A DNA stretch of 64,000 nucleotides from an uncultured Gammaproteobacteria bacterium (lineage in GTDB: Bacteria > Pseudomonadota > Gammaproteobacteria > DRLM01), in NCBI GenBank assembly GCA_963729605.1, contig CAVSNY010000005.1:96001-160000 (forward strand). Reading direction: 5' to 3'. Under the pieces are notes generated by a model that ran no database searches, had not been told where the DNA came from, and saw only the letters and a program-made list of their open reading frames with translations. The position numbers and the translations under genes are program-made. Below, in pieces: positions 33,739 through 44,180 of the stretch. Each line of letters starts with the position of its first letter. Positions within the stretch are counted from its first letter, which is position 1.

Positions 33739-33797
33739 CCCGCGCCCATTCTTTTCATTTGCATCAGCGCGTTTCTCGGCTGATAATGCCGTTGTTT

Positions 33798-33927
33798 TTA
33801 ATCTCAAAATTCCCTGCGGCTTGTGCGGGACCGGGTGATGGGAATTCTCAAAGGGGGGCATCGCGATGCCTCCTTTAAGCAAGCGCGGCGAGGGGGGCAT
33901 CCCCGCCCGCGGCTAGACCAATCTAAT
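33798..33927. repeat. Dispersed ~130-bp repeat element, copy 2
   Basis: TTAATCTCAAAATTCCCTGCGGCTTG...GGTGATGG...GCGCGGCGAGGGGGGCATCCCC...CGCGGCTAGACC; matches 38222-38356. Confidence 0.65.
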
Positions 33928-33954
33928 TTTTATCAGTTTGGCGGTAATACACTC

Positions 33955-34998
33955 ATGAGCAGTACGATATGTGGTTTCCTCCCCCCCGAATGGGCGCCGC
34001 AGAGCGGCGTCATCCTCACCTGGCCCCACCCGCACAGCGATTGGCAGGATATCCTGCCCGCGGTCGAGCCGGTGTACGTGCAACTGGCCGGCCACATCGC
34101 GGCGCGTGAAAAGGTCCTGATCAATTGCTGGGACGCCGGCCACGCCGATCATGTCGCGCGATTATTGAAAAAAGCCGGCACCTATTTTCCCAATGTGATG
34201 CTGCACATCCTGCCGACCAACGACACCTGGGTCCGCGATTACGGTCCCATCACCATCTTCCGGGAAGGCAAACCGGTGTTGCTGGATTTCATCTTCAACG
34301 GCTGGGGCAATAAATTTCCCGCGCCCCTGGATAACGAAGCGACTCAACGCATCCATCGCAACGAGATATTCGGCGCCGCCCAGCTGCGCCCGGTCAACTT
34401 GGTCTTGGAAGGCGGCAGCATCGAAGTGGACGGCCACGGCACCCTGCTCACCACCAGCCAATGCCTGCTCACCCCCACCCGCAACCCCCAACTCGATCGC
34501 GGCCAGGTCGAGGCGACCCTGCGCGGTCTGCTGGGCACCACCCGCGTGTTGTGGCTGGAGCACGGCCATTTGGCGGGCGACGACACCGACAGCCACATCG
34601 ACACCCTGGCCCGTTTCTGCGATCCGCACACCATCGCCTACGTGGCCTGCGACGACCCGGCCGACGAACACTACGACGACCTCAAACAGATGGAGGCGGA
34701 ACTGCAAGCCTTCCGCGACTATCAAGGCCAGCCCTACCGCCTGGTGCCCCTGCCCTGGCCGGCCGCCAAACGGGACGAGGACGGCCGGCGTCTCGCCGCC
34801 AGCTACGCCAACTTCCTCATCATCAACGGTGCCGTGCTGGTCCCGACCTACGACGATGCCGCCGACGCCGAGGCCTTGCGCCGGCTGCAAGCCTGCTTTC
34901 CGGACCGCGAGGTGATCGGCGTCGACTGTTTGCCGCTCATCAAACAAAACGGCAGTCTGCATTGCGTGACCATGCAATTGCCGGCCGGCGTCATGTAG
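33955..34998 (+). CDS. aguA: Agmatine deiminase family protein
   Basis: PPEWAPQ, TNDTWVRDYGP, FNGWGNKF, LEGGSIE, DDTDSHID, SYANF, GSLHCVTMQ. Confidence 0.92.
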   Translation: MSSTICGFLPPEWAPQSGVILTWPHPHSDWQDILPAVEPVYVQLAGHIAAREKVLINCWDAGHADHVARLLKKAGTYFPNVMLHILPTNDTWVRDYGPITIFREGKPVLLDFIFNGWGNKFPAPLDNEATQRIHRNEIFGAAQLRPVNLVLEGGSIEVDGHGTLLTTSQCLLTPTRNPQLDRGQVEATLRGLLGTTRVLWLEHGHLAGDDTDSHIDTLARFCDPHTIAYVACDDPADEHYDDLKQMEAELQAFRDYQGQPYRLVPLPWPAAKRDEDGRRLAASYANFLIINGAVLVPTYDDAADAEALRRLQACFPDREVIGVDCLPLIKQNGSLHCVTMQLPAGVM

Positions 34999-35035
34999 CC
35001 GCATAATCCACGGCACTGCCACCAGGGGGATTCCC

Positions 35036-35929
35036 ATGAAACACCGCATGCTTACCGTCGGCCTGATCCAACACGCCTGCGGCGAAGACCGCGACGCCAA
35101 CCTCGCCGCCACCGTCGCCGGCGTGCGCGAGGCGGCGCGGCAAGGCGCTCGACTGGTGCTGCTGCAAGAGCTGCACACCGGCCCCTATTTCTGCCAGCAC
35201 GAGGAGACCGACTATTTCGATCGGGCGGAAACCCTGCCCGGCCCCAGCACCGACCTGCTGGGCGCGGTGGCGCGCGAACTTCAGGTAGTGATCGTCGCCT
35301 CGCTGTTCGAGCGCCGCGCGCCGGGCCTGTATCACAACACCGCCGTGGTGCTGGATCGGGACGGCGCCATCGCCGGCAAATACCGCAAGATGCACATCCC
35401 GGACGACCCCGGCTATTACGAAAAATTCTATTTCACCCCTGGCGACCTCGGTTTCGAACCCATCGACACCAGCGTCGGGCGCCTCGGCGTGCTGGTGTGC
35501 TGGGATCAGTGGTTCCCGGAAGCGGCGCGGCTGATGGCCCTGGCCGGCGCCGACCTGCTGCTCTACCCCACCGCCATCGGCTGGAATCCGCCCGACGACG
35601 CCGCGGAAAAGGCCCGCCAGCGCGAGGCGTGGATCACCATTCAACGGGCCCATGCCGTGGCCAATGGTTTACCGGTGCTGGTCTGCAACCGAGTGGGTTA
35701 CGAGCCAGATCCCTCGGCTCAAACCGAAGGCATCCAATTCTGGGGCAATAGCTTCGTCACGGGGCCGCAGGGCGAATTACTCGCCGCTGCCGGCGAGCAG
35801 GCGGCCGTGCTGGTCACCCAAGTGGATATGGCCCGCAGCGAAGCGGTGCGGCGCATCTGGCCCTATCTGCGCGATCGGCGTATCGACGCCTATCAGGCCC
35901 TCACCCTGCGTTATCGCGATCCGCGCTGA
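35036..35929 (+). CDS. aguB: N-carbamoylputrescine amidase (carbon-nitrogen hydrolase)
   Basis: LQELH, YRKMHIPDDPGYYEKFYFTPGD, VCWDQWFPE, YPTAIGW, RDRR; paired with aguA. Confidence 0.92.
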   Translation: MKHRMLTVGLIQHACGEDRDANLAATVAGVREAARQGARLVLLQELHTGPYFCQHEETDYFDRAETLPGPSTDLLGAVARELQVVIVASLFERRAPGLYHNTAVVLDRDGAIAGKYRKMHIPDDPGYYEKFYFTPGDLGFEPIDTSVGRLGVLVCWDQWFPEAARLMALAGADLLLYPTAIGWNPPDDAAEKARQREAWITIQRAHAVANGLPVLVCNRVGYEPDPSAQTEGIQFWGNSFVTGPQGELLAAAGEQAAVLVTQVDMARSEAVRRIWPYLRDRRIDAYQALTLRYRDPR

Positions 35930-36080
35930 AGACGCGCGTTTGAAAATCCGGCACGCGGCAAAACCGCGATCAACTCGGGTTCCGCTGCGAGGATCTCGCC
36001 GACTTTCTCCTGCGCCCCTTTTAATCCATGCGGCGTTATACTTAACACATCTTCCACTGGCCGCCCGATAGGAACACGTC

Positions 36081-37202
36081 ATGATCGTCATCTTGGAATC
36101 CAATATCGATAAAAACGGCGAGCGTTACACCAGCTTGATGAACCGTCTCTCCCAGCTGCCCAATGTCCAGGTCCGGGTGCATGAAGAAGTGGGCACCCAA
36201 CACGTGTTGACCGAGCTGTATCTGATCGGCAATACCTCTGCCTTGCCGATGGATGAAATCCAGTCTTTACCCGGCGTGGAACAAGTCGTGCGGATCTCGG
36301 GCGCTTACCGGGTATTGGGCCGCCACAAGAACGACAGCCGCTCCAGCCACTTCGAATACAACGGCGTCAAATTCAGTCAGGACACTCTCAATATCTTCGC
36401 CGGGTTGTGCGCGGTCGATACGCCCGAACACGTGGAAATCATGATGCGCGCCCTGCGGGAACACGGACTGGTCTGCACGCGCATGGGGGCCTACAAGCCC
36501 CGCACCAATCCCTATTCGTTCCAAGGCCACGGCAAAAACTGCATGCCCTATGTCTTCGAGCTGGCGGGTAAATACGGCATCAAGGTGATCGCCATGGAAG
36601 TCACCTCCGAACAACATATCCACGAGATCAACGAAGCGTTGGAACAGACCGGCCGGCCCACCGGGATCATGCTGCAAATCGGTACCCGCAACACCCAGAA
36701 CTTCGAGTTGTTGAAGGCCGTAGGGCGCCAGCAGGAATTTCCGGTGTTGATCAAACGGGGTTTCGGCATCACCCTGGAAGAGTCCCTCAACGCCGCCGAA
36801 TATCTCGCCAGCGAAGGCAACCGCAAAGTGGTGTTCTGCCTGCGCGGCATGAAGACCAATATGGGCGACCCCCATCGCAACCTGGTGGATTTCGCCCACG
36901 TCCCGGTGGTCAAACGGCTCACCCGCATGCCGGTATGCATCGACCCCTCCCACTCGGTGGGGACCCGCGATCGCTCGTGCGACGACATCCTCGATCTCGT
37001 CCATGTCACCGCCCAGGGCGTCATCGCCGGCGCCAACATGGTCCTGGTCGATTTCCACCCCGCGCCGGAGAAGGCGTTGGTCGACGGCCCGCAAGCCCTG
37101 CGCCTGCCGGAACTGCCCTATTTCCTGGAAGACATCCAACTGGCGCGCCAGGCCTATGAGGCACGCACCGCCCTGGTCAAGCGCTACGAAACCACGGCCT
37201 GA
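36081..37202 (+). CDS. Second, divergent type I-beta DAHP synthase
   Basis: AGLCAVD, RMGAYKPRTNPYSFQGHG, QIGTRNTQNFELL, IKRG, IDPSHSVG, DGPQAL. Confidence 0.85.
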   Translation: MIVILESNIDKNGERYTSLMNRLSQLPNVQVRVHEEVGTQHVLTELYLIGNTSALPMDEIQSLPGVEQVVRISGAYRVLGRHKNDSRSSHFEYNGVKFSQDTLNIFAGLCAVDTPEHVEIMMRALREHGLVCTRMGAYKPRTNPYSFQGHGKNCMPYVFELAGKYGIKVIAMEVTSEQHIHEINEALEQTGRPTGIMLQIGTRNTQNFELLKAVGRQQEFPVLIKRGFGITLEESLNAAEYLASEGNRKVVFCLRGMKTNMGDPHRNLVDFAHVPVVKRLTRMPVCIDPSHSVGTRDRSCDDILDLVHVTAQGVIAGANMVLVDFHPAPEKALVDGPQALRLPELPYFLEDIQLARQAYEARTALVKRYETTA

Positions 37203-37481
37203 GCAACCACCACGGACAGGCATTCAGACCCTCAGATGAACTATATTTACCGTCACTACTTGGATAGACAGAGACTTAGAAAGAAACTGGCCCGGCCTCA
37301 ATCTCCACAACCGGGTCAAACTGGGGGTTAACCGCCACATCCACGATTACAACTAACCCTACGGCGTATTGCGATGACCCAGCGGCCGTGCTCGCAGCGG
37401 CCCCACGCCACCCTTCAATCCGACGACTCGATTTCAAACATGCGGCTACGCAGCACAAGAGGCGGACGACCCGGAATCACC

Positions 37482-38165
37482 ATGAACGAGCAAGACCCAT
37501 CCCTGGCGTGGCTCACGCAATTCCCGCCGCTCGAGGCGGTGCGCGACGAGACCTGTCTCAAACTGCTGGCCACCGCTCAAGCCATCCGCATCAAAAAAGG
37601 CGGCCGGGTCTTTGAAGACGGCGCCCCCTGCGACCGCTATTTATTAATTCTGAAAGGGTCGATCCGGGTGCAGAAAATCACGCCGGGCGGCCATGAAATC
37701 GTGCTCCATCATGTGGGCCCCGGCCAGTCTTGCGAATTGGCCACCGCGTGCATCATCGGTCAACACGCGTATCCCGCCCAGGCCGTCGCCGAAACCGCGG
37801 TGCAAGCCATCTCTATTTCCCGCCCCCATTTCGATGAGCTGATCGCGCACTGTCCGCCCTTTCGCGACATGGTCTATCAACATGTCGAACGCGGCATCAG
37901 CGAATTGATCTCATTAGTCGAGGAAGTGGCCTTCGGCCACATGGACGCGCGCCTGGCCCACTGCTTGTTGCGGCAAGCCAATGGCGGACAGAACGTCACC
38001 ATGACCCATCACGGTTTAGCCGCCGAACTGGGCTCGGCGCGCGAGGTGGTGAGCAGGCTGCTTAAAAAATTCGAGCGTCACGGCTGGGTCCGTCTGCATC
38101 GGGGCTACATCGACCTGCTCGACAAGGAGGCGCTGCGGCGGCTGGCCGATAAAACCTTCGAGTGA
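37482..38165 (+). CDS. Crp/Fnr family transcriptional regulator
   Basis: cNMP-binding fold (GSIRVQK..PGGHEIVL..VGPGQSC) and HTH TH..LAAELGSAREVVSRLLKKF. Confidence 0.92.
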   Translation: MNEQDPSLAWLTQFPPLEAVRDETCLKLLATAQAIRIKKGGRVFEDGAPCDRYLLILKGSIRVQKITPGGHEIVLHHVGPGQSCELATACIIGQHAYPAQAVAETAVQAISISRPHFDELIAHCPPFRDMVYQHVERGISELISLVEEVAFGHMDARLAHCLLRQANGGQNVTMTHHGLAAELGSAREVVSRLLKKFERHGWVRLHRGYIDLLDKEALRRLADKTFE

Positions 38166-38221
38166 AATTTTACCGCCAGCCGCCGGCCTTCCGCCGACAT
38201 GACTCACCCCGTGAGCCGCGT

Positions 38222-38356
38222 TTCATCTTAAAATTTCCCGCGGCTTGCCGCGAGGGCCAGGTGATGGCGGCGACGCGGCGCGATTCTCTCCATTCAGCAC
38301 GCGAGGGGGAGCGCGGCGAGGGGTGCATCCCCCGGGCGCGGTCAGAACGATTTATT
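38222..38356. repeat. Dispersed ~135-bp repeat element, copy 3
   Basis: TTCATCTTAAAATTTCCCGCGGCTTG...GGTGATGG...GCGCGGCGAGGGGTGCATCCCC...GCGCGGTCAGA, between convergent genes. Confidence 0.65.
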
Positions 38357-41300
38357 CAGCCCCCTCGCCGTTCGCCAAGTAGAACCGTTCCCAATCGATG
38401 CCACCGTGATTGTCTTGCCTCAGCAATTCGGTGACGGCGTCGACCGGCAGGGGTTTGCTGAATACAAAACCCTGTATCGCGACGCAGGAACCGCGCACGA
38501 ACTCCAATTGCTCCCTGGTTTCCACGCCTTCCGCGATGACATCCAGTTTGAGGGTCTTGGCCATGGCGATAATTGCTTGCACGATCGCCGTGTCATCGGG
38601 GTTGATGATGACATCGCGTATAAACGAACCGTCGATTTTCAGGGTGTCGATCGGCAAACGCTTCAAATAGCTCAGCGAAGAATAACCCGTACCGAAATCG
38701 TCGATTGAAATCTGGATTCCCGCCATGCTGAGGCCGCGCAAGGTTTCCTGGGAATTGTTTTCATTGTTCATCAATAGGCTTTCGGTGATCTCGAGCCCTA
38801 CCCAATTACTACTTAAATCGATTTCCTCGAGCAAATCCATCACGATTTTTTTGAGACAGGTCGCATCAAATTGGCGGCTGGAAAGATTGATAGAGACCCG
38901 AATCGGGGAAAAGCCCATTTTTTGCCATTTTTTAGCCTGGCATAAAGCGGCCTGCAGCACCCATTCGCCCACAGAGATGATCAAGCCGGTTTCTTCCAAC
39001 AAGGAAATGAATTGACCCGGTAAAAGCAGGCCCAATTCGGGATGCCGCCAACGCAGCAAGGCCTCGACGCCGACGATTTTACCGGTCGTCGATGAGACTT
39101 GCGGCTGATAATAAATCAAGAATTCATCCCGCTTCAGGGCATGGCGTAAATTGGTTTCGAGATTAAGCCGCTCAAAGGCCCTCACGCTCATATCCGACGA
39201 ATAAAACTGATAGTTGTTCCTTCCCAATTCCTTGGCCCGGTACATGGCGATATCCGCATTGCGAATCAAGGTCGCCGCGTCGACCCCGTCGGCGGGATTA
39301 AGGCTGATCCCGATACTGCCTGTAACGAACAATTCCTTGCCGTCCGTTTGAAAAGGCAAGGTGAGGCTGTCGAGTATTTTTCGGCAGATCGGCGCGACGT
39401 CTTCGCTGGCGGTAATATCCTCGAGCAGGATCACGAATTCATCGCCGGCCAATCGCGCCACCGTATCGCCTTCACGCAAACATTTGACGATGCGCTCGGA
39501 AAACATCTTCAGCAAACGATCGCCGATATCATGGCCCAGGGTGTCGTTGATGATCTTGAAGCGGTCCAAATCTATGAACAATACGGCCAGGAATTTATTG
39601 GGATCGCGCTGCCTGGCCAGGGCATGATTCAAACGATCGACGAACAGGCCGCGGTTAGGCAACTGGGTGAGCAGGTCATGATAGGCGAGATGATAAATCC
39701 GCTCCTGGGTCTGCATGCGCTCGGTGATGTCTTTACCCGTGGAAATGAAATGGGTGATATGGCCCTTGGCGTCCTTGAGCGGGGTGATGGTTTTTTCCTC
39801 GTAATATAACTCGCCGCTTTTCTTGCGATTGATGATGATGTCCTGAAATACCTCGCCCTTGAGGATGGTGTCCCACAGATATTTATAAAACTTGTCGTCG
39901 TGCTTATAGGATTTGATGATGTTGCTGGACTTTCCCTTCACCTCGAGAAAACCATAGCCGGTGATGACCTCGAAGGCCGGGTTGACGTATTCGACCAGAC
40001 CATTCTTGTCGGTGATCAACACCACATCCGCCGTTTGTTCAAGCGCGCTGGAGAGCTTCTTCATCTGCTCCTTGGCGTGGGCCTGCTCGTCGAGATGTTG
40101 CTGGCGCTCGATCTCGACGGCGATGCGCTGGCCGAAAATACGCAGTAATCCGAGATCTTCCTCGGAGAAGATATGCGGATTGCTGTCCAGCAGGCAGGTG
40201 ATCGCCACCACCTTGCCATCGCTGTCCAGCGCGGGAAACCCGCAATAGGAATAGGCCTCGTAATCCTTGAGAAATTCCGCCTCGGGGAATTTATCGATGA
40301 CGTTGTCGTAAATCCGCACATCTTTCGACGCCACCACCGACGCGCAAGGCGTGGTCGCGAGCGGATGGGAACCGGGGTTGCTGATCATTTCACCATCGAT
40401 ATAGAGACTCACGAAGTGCATCTCTTCGCCGCGGATAATCGACAGGCAGACGATCCGCACGTCCAGCAACTCACCGATCATGCGCGCGACGTTCTGAAAA
40501 ACATCGGTCGGATCGCCGGACAGGGTCAGGCTCAATTCAGTCAATCGCTTCAAGCGTAAATTGCGCGCCGCGGCCTGGAGTTCGGCCTTGCGCCGGTCGG
40601 TGATATCCTCATAGGTGCTGAGCATCCCGATAATATTATTCTTGAGATCGGTAAGCGGCACCCGATTGGCGCTGAACCAGACGTTTTTTCCGCCGGGCAA
40701 GGTATGCCGGGCCTCATGATTGAGTTTGGATACACCGGATTCCATGACCTCCCTGTCGTCGGCCCGATACAGCTCCGCCTGCTCGCGGTCGCTGAGGTCG
40801 TAATCATTCTTACCAAATATCGCCTCTTGGGAATCGAGACCGGCGTCTCGCGCGAAAAGGCGGTTACAACCCAGATAAGTCTGATTGCGGTCTTTCCAGG
40901 CCACGCGCACCGGAATCGAATCCAATACCAACTGCAACATCTTTTGCGATTCCAGCAAGGCCTCTTCGGCCAATTTGCGCGAGGTGATATCGTGCCCGCT
41001 GGCGACGATCCCCGAAGGTTCGCCGTTTATATCGAGCGTGCGTATGACATACCAGGAGATCACCCGCCTGACCCCGGCGCGGGTAATGATTTCATTTTCA
41101 AACCCGCGGGTCGGCGTGCCCGCCAATACCTTTTTCATATCGGCGGCGACCGCTTCGTGAATTTCCTCGGGCAGAAAAAGTTTGAAATAGTTTTTGCCGA
41201 GCACCTCCTGGCGACTCATCCCGTAGAGATCTTCGGCGGCGGGATTGAATTCCAGCAGCAAACCCCGAGGATCCAGATAGACGACGATGCTTTCCGTGGA

Positions 41301-41750
41301 TTCAACGAAGGCTCGATAACGTTTGTCGCTTTCCACCAACAGCGATTCGGCTTTTTTACGTTCGCTGATATCGGAGAGGATGCCATCCAGATAATGCGCC
41401 TGGGCCCCTTTTTTGATATTGGCCTGGCCGTTCTCCGCCACCCATCTCACCGCGCCATGCGCGTCGACCAGCCGGTATTCCAGGCTATACTCGGACCTTT
41501 GCTCGATGGCCTGCCGTCTGGCGATTTTTACCATCGCCGCATCGTCGACATGCGCCATCTGGATATAAGAGCGTTTATCGCGGTAAACGAAATCGGCGGC
41601 GGTGATACCGGTGATGGTCTCGATCTGGTCACTGACATAATCCAGCCGCCAATTATCTTCACCGAGATATTCGTCGCGAAAAATAGCACCGGGAATGTTG
41701 TTCATCAAAGAGCGTAAATAGTCTTCCATATCACGCGTATCATCAAACAT
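38352..41750 (-). CDS. PAS-PAS-PAS-GAF-PAS-GGDEF-EAL c-di-GMP signalling protein
   Basis: PAC-type ends DISERK/DITSRK/DITDRRK/DITER, HDLLTQLPNR, RLAGDEF, EALLRW, DDFGTGYSSL, AEGVET. Confidence 0.95.
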   Translation of the reverse strand: MFDDTRDMEDYLRSLMNNIPGAIFRDEYLGEDNWRLDYVSDQIETITGITAADFVYRDKRSYIQMAHVDDAAMVKIARRQAIEQRSEYSLEYRLVDAHGAVRWVAENGQANIKKGAQAHYLDGILSDISERKKAESLLVESDKRYRAFVESTESIVVYLDPRGLLLEFNPAAEDLYGMSRQEVLGKNYFKLFLPEEIHEAVAADMKKVLAGTPTRGFENEIITRAGVRRVISWYVIRTLDINGEPSGIVASGHDITSRKLAEEALLESQKMLQLVLDSIPVRVAWKDRNQTYLGCNRLFARDAGLDSQEAIFGKNDYDLSDREQAELYRADDREVMESGVSKLNHEARHTLPGGKNVWFSANRVPLTDLKNNIIGMLSTYEDITDRRKAELQAAARNLRLKRLTELSLTLSGDPTDVFQNVARMIGELLDVRIVCLSIIRGEEMHFVSLYIDGEMISNPGSHPLATTPCASVVASKDVRIYDNVIDKFPEAEFLKDYEAYSYCGFPALDSDGKVVAITCLLDSNPHIFSEEDLGLLRIFGQRIAVEIERQQHLDEQAHAKEQMKKLSSALEQTADVVLITDKNGLVEYVNPAFEVITGYGFLEVKGKSSNIIKSYKHDDKFYKYLWDTILKGEVFQDIIINRKKSGELYYEEKTITPLKDAKGHITHFISTGKDITERMQTQERIYHLAYHDLLTQLPNRGLFVDRLNHALARQRDPNKFLAVLFIDLDRFKIINDTLGHDIGDRLLKMFSERIVKCLREGDTVARLAGDEFVILLEDITASEDVAPICRKILDSLTLPFQTDGKELFVTGSIGISLNPADGVDAATLIRNADIAMYRAKELGRNNYQFYSSDMSVRAFERLNLETNLRHALKRDEFLIYYQPQVSSTTGKIVGVEALLRWRHPELGLLLPGQFISLLEETGLIISVGEWVLQAALCQAKKWQKMGFSPIRVSINLSSRQFDATCLKKIVMDLLEEIDLSSNWVGLEITESLLMNNENNSQETLRGLSMAGIQISIDDFGTGYSSLSYLKRLPIDTLKIDGSFIRDVIINPDDTAIVQAIIAMAKTLKLDVIAEGVETREQLEFVRGSCVAIQGFVFSKPLPVDAVTELLRQDNHGGIDWERFYLANGEGAE

Positions 41751-41795
41751 ATCGTTCTCGTTTCTATTGCTTGATGAGTTCTACCCTTTCGCGCG

Positions 41796-41851
41796 GATAC
41801 CGTATCCGCCAACGATACCTTTCCGCGGAGATACCGTTTCCGCCAACGATA
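41796..41851. repeat. Short direct repeat upstream of the PAS/GGDEF/EAL gene
   Basis: GATACCGTWTCCGCCAACGATA at 41796-41817 and 41830-41851. Confidence 0.6.
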
Positions 41852-42568
41852 TTTTTTCGTGAGGTGCCGGCCGGCGGTCGGCCGTGAAAAACGCAATAGA
41901 TAATTTTTTTATAAACATCTCATCCCCCCATAGAGTCGGCCATTAGCCCCAGATATCTCGTTTTAAGAAATGCCACCACCCCGCCGCCGGTCTTGAAGCC
42001 GGTTAATACTACTCCGTGCGGCGAAATCACCACCTCGTCCTCCACGAGATCGAAGACATCCGGCCATCGGCCGCCGCATAGATTTAAAAAAATTTTCCAT
42101 GATCGCCATTGTACGAGACATGGTTGGTTCGAGTGGAGACGGAAGGATTTTCAACTGCGGAGGTGTTGCGCATGCCGGGCACTTGCCGCTATACCTTATC
42201 CGTAATAAGGGCATCAGCAGCGCCTTGAGCCGTCGCTGAATTTTTCTGTGCATTCAATCCGACTGACGCACTCTCGCGATGCGAAGTTCCACTGCAAGAA
42301 TTGGGGTTGATAAAGTTTTGCCAGAGGAACGGCTATCGGCCGCTGTTTAAGTAAAAGCCAATTATTCAACGTCTTGGCGATTTGCGGCAACCGGGCGTCG
42401 CTGCTCGCGTTAGAGGGCTTCTGTGAGCCCGTTATCTTAACCGTGCATACGCTCATGGATGGATCCACATGGATCACCATAGCATATGCGTATATGCTGT
42501 ATTACGCAATGCGTCAAAGCATCGTTCACGCATCACTCAATGCGAATAAGCCCCAACCTAGAATTATT

Positions 42569-42603
42569 TTAAGAAAGCTCTGAATAAATCAGAGTCTCCT
42601 TAA
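42569..42603. mobile_element. Minimal MITE remnant (two terminal repeats only)
   Basis: TTAA-GAAAGCTCTGAATAAATCAGAGTCTCC-TTAA resembles the fused ends of the 157-bp element. Confidence 0.5.
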
Positions 42604-42657
42604 TTAAACCTTGAAAGTCCAACGCCCGTTACGCGCACGGACATCTGTTTCATTTCA

Positions 42658-43680
42658 TCATGCGGGCCGCGACATCACCAACTCGCGCAAGACCGCGGTT
42701 GCATAACAACCAGCGGGCAAATCGAAACCGAGTTGCAGCATATTATCGTTCTGCCGCCACTCGACGGCGCGCGGCACCAGACGCAAGGCCCGCCGCTCCA
42801 TCTCTAAACCGCCATGCGCCAAGGCCTCGCGATCTTCACTCAACGAGGCCAGACTTTCTTCTTCGATACGGCGCGCCTCCGCGCGGCTCGGCAAGTCACC
42901 CCGGCCCCACAATGGGCCACTGGGATGGATGTCGTGCTCGGCAAGCCGGCGCAATACCACCTCATCAATCGTCTCGGCCACGAAAAAACTTCGGGTACCC
43001 TCGAGCATCATCACATCACCGGCTATGGCGCGGCACCATGTCCCGTCTATCACCCGCTGGGCCAGCACCGTATTGAACAAATGCGAACGCAAGGCCGAGA
43101 GATAGATGCCGCGCTCGAAGCGGTCGCGTATTTGAATGGTACCCGCCAGCATCTGCCGCGCGCGGTTGACGTTGTCATGGCCGAAACGTTGTTCGCCGAA
43201 ATAATTGGGGACGCCGCCCTCGATGACGGATTGAATCCGCGCCGGCAACCCGGCCGCGTCGCCGCGCGGCTCACGCACCACGATATTGAAACGGTTGCCG
43301 GTCAACGCGCCGCGCCGCAGCTTGCGGTTATGCCGCCGCGCCGCCGACACCGTGAGCCGTTCGCTGTTCAACAACGTCCAATCGGGATCGGGCTTGCCCG
43401 GTAAGGGCACGGAAAACCATTGGCTGGTGACGGCGTGGCGATCCTTGAGTCCGGCATAGCCGATATCGCGCAAAGGGACGGCGGCATGACGCGCGATGAG
43501 ACGCGCGGCGTCGGGGGTGTTGATGCCGCGCTTGCGCACTTGCAGCAAGACGTGATCGCCGGCGCCGGAGGGCTCGAAACCCAGCAGCTCGTCGACCACG
43601 AAATCTTCCGGCCGCGCGCGCAGCACGCCGCCGAGCGACGGCGCGCCGTAGGCATAAGGCAATTCGGGCACGGCGTTCAT
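42658..43680 (-). CDS. truD: tRNA pseudouridine(13) synthase
   Basis: PEDFVVDE, GYAGLKDRHAVTSQW, GNRF, GVPNYFGEQRFG, LPAGCYAT. Confidence 0.97.
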   Translation of the reverse strand: MNAVPELPYAYGAPSLGGVLRARPEDFVVDELLGFEPSGAGDHVLLQVRKRGINTPDAARLIARHAAVPLRDIGYAGLKDRHAVTSQWFSVPLPGKPDPDWTLLNSERLTVSAARRHNRKLRRGALTGNRFNIVVREPRGDAAGLPARIQSVIEGGVPNYFGEQRFGHDNVNRARQMLAGTIQIRDRFERGIYLSALRSHLFNTVLAQRVIDGTWCRAIAGDVMMLEGTRSFFVAETIDEVVLRRLAEHDIHPSGPLWGRGDLPSRAEARRIEEESLASLSEDREALAHGGLEMERRALRLVPRAVEWRQNDNMLQLGFDLPAGCYATAVLRELVMSRPA

Positions 43681-43703
43681 GGTGGAGACCAATCCAAAAT
43701 TTA

Positions 43704-44180
43704 TTATGCGGCGGGCAGGAGCAAGGCCACCGCATGCGCGGCAATGCCTTCGCCGCGGCCGGTGAAACCCATGCCTTCGGTGGTGGTGGCCTTGATGTTG
43801 ATTTGATCTTCATGCACCGTCAGATCGGCGGCCAGACACTGGCGCATCGCCGCCACGTACGGCATCAATTTCGGGTGTTGCGCGACGACGGTGATATCGA
43901 TATTGCCGATCCGCAATGACTGCCCGCGCAACAAGACGGCGACCTTGCGCAACAGGATGCGGCTGTCGATGTTTTCATAATCTTTGCTGCTATCGGGGAA
44001 GTGGCGGCCGATGTCGCCGAGGGCCGCGGCGCCCAGCAAGGCGTCGCACAAGGCGTGGATCAACACGTCGCCGTCGGAGTGGGCGAGCAGACCGCGCTCA
44101 TAGGGAATGGTGACGCCGCCCAACACCAGGGGGCGGCCGGGACCGAAACGGTGGGCATCGTAACCGTGACCGATACGCAT
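43704..44180 (-). CDS. ispF: 2-C-methyl-D-erythritol 2,4-cyclodiphosphate synthase
   Basis: [41 protein letters not shown]. Confidence 0.98.
   Translation of the reverse strand: MRIGHGYDAHRFGPGRPLVLGGVTIPYERGLLAHSDGDVLIHALCDALLGAAALGDIGRHFPDSSKDYENIDSRILLRKVAVLLRGQSLRIGNIDITVVAQHPKLMPYVAAMRQCLAADLTVHEDQINIKATTTEGMGFTGRGEGIAAHAVALLLPAA

Noticed and set aside
41963-42583. Small ORFs between the EAL gene and truD
   Set aside because: No recognisable motifs or RBS, and they overlap each other on both strands.
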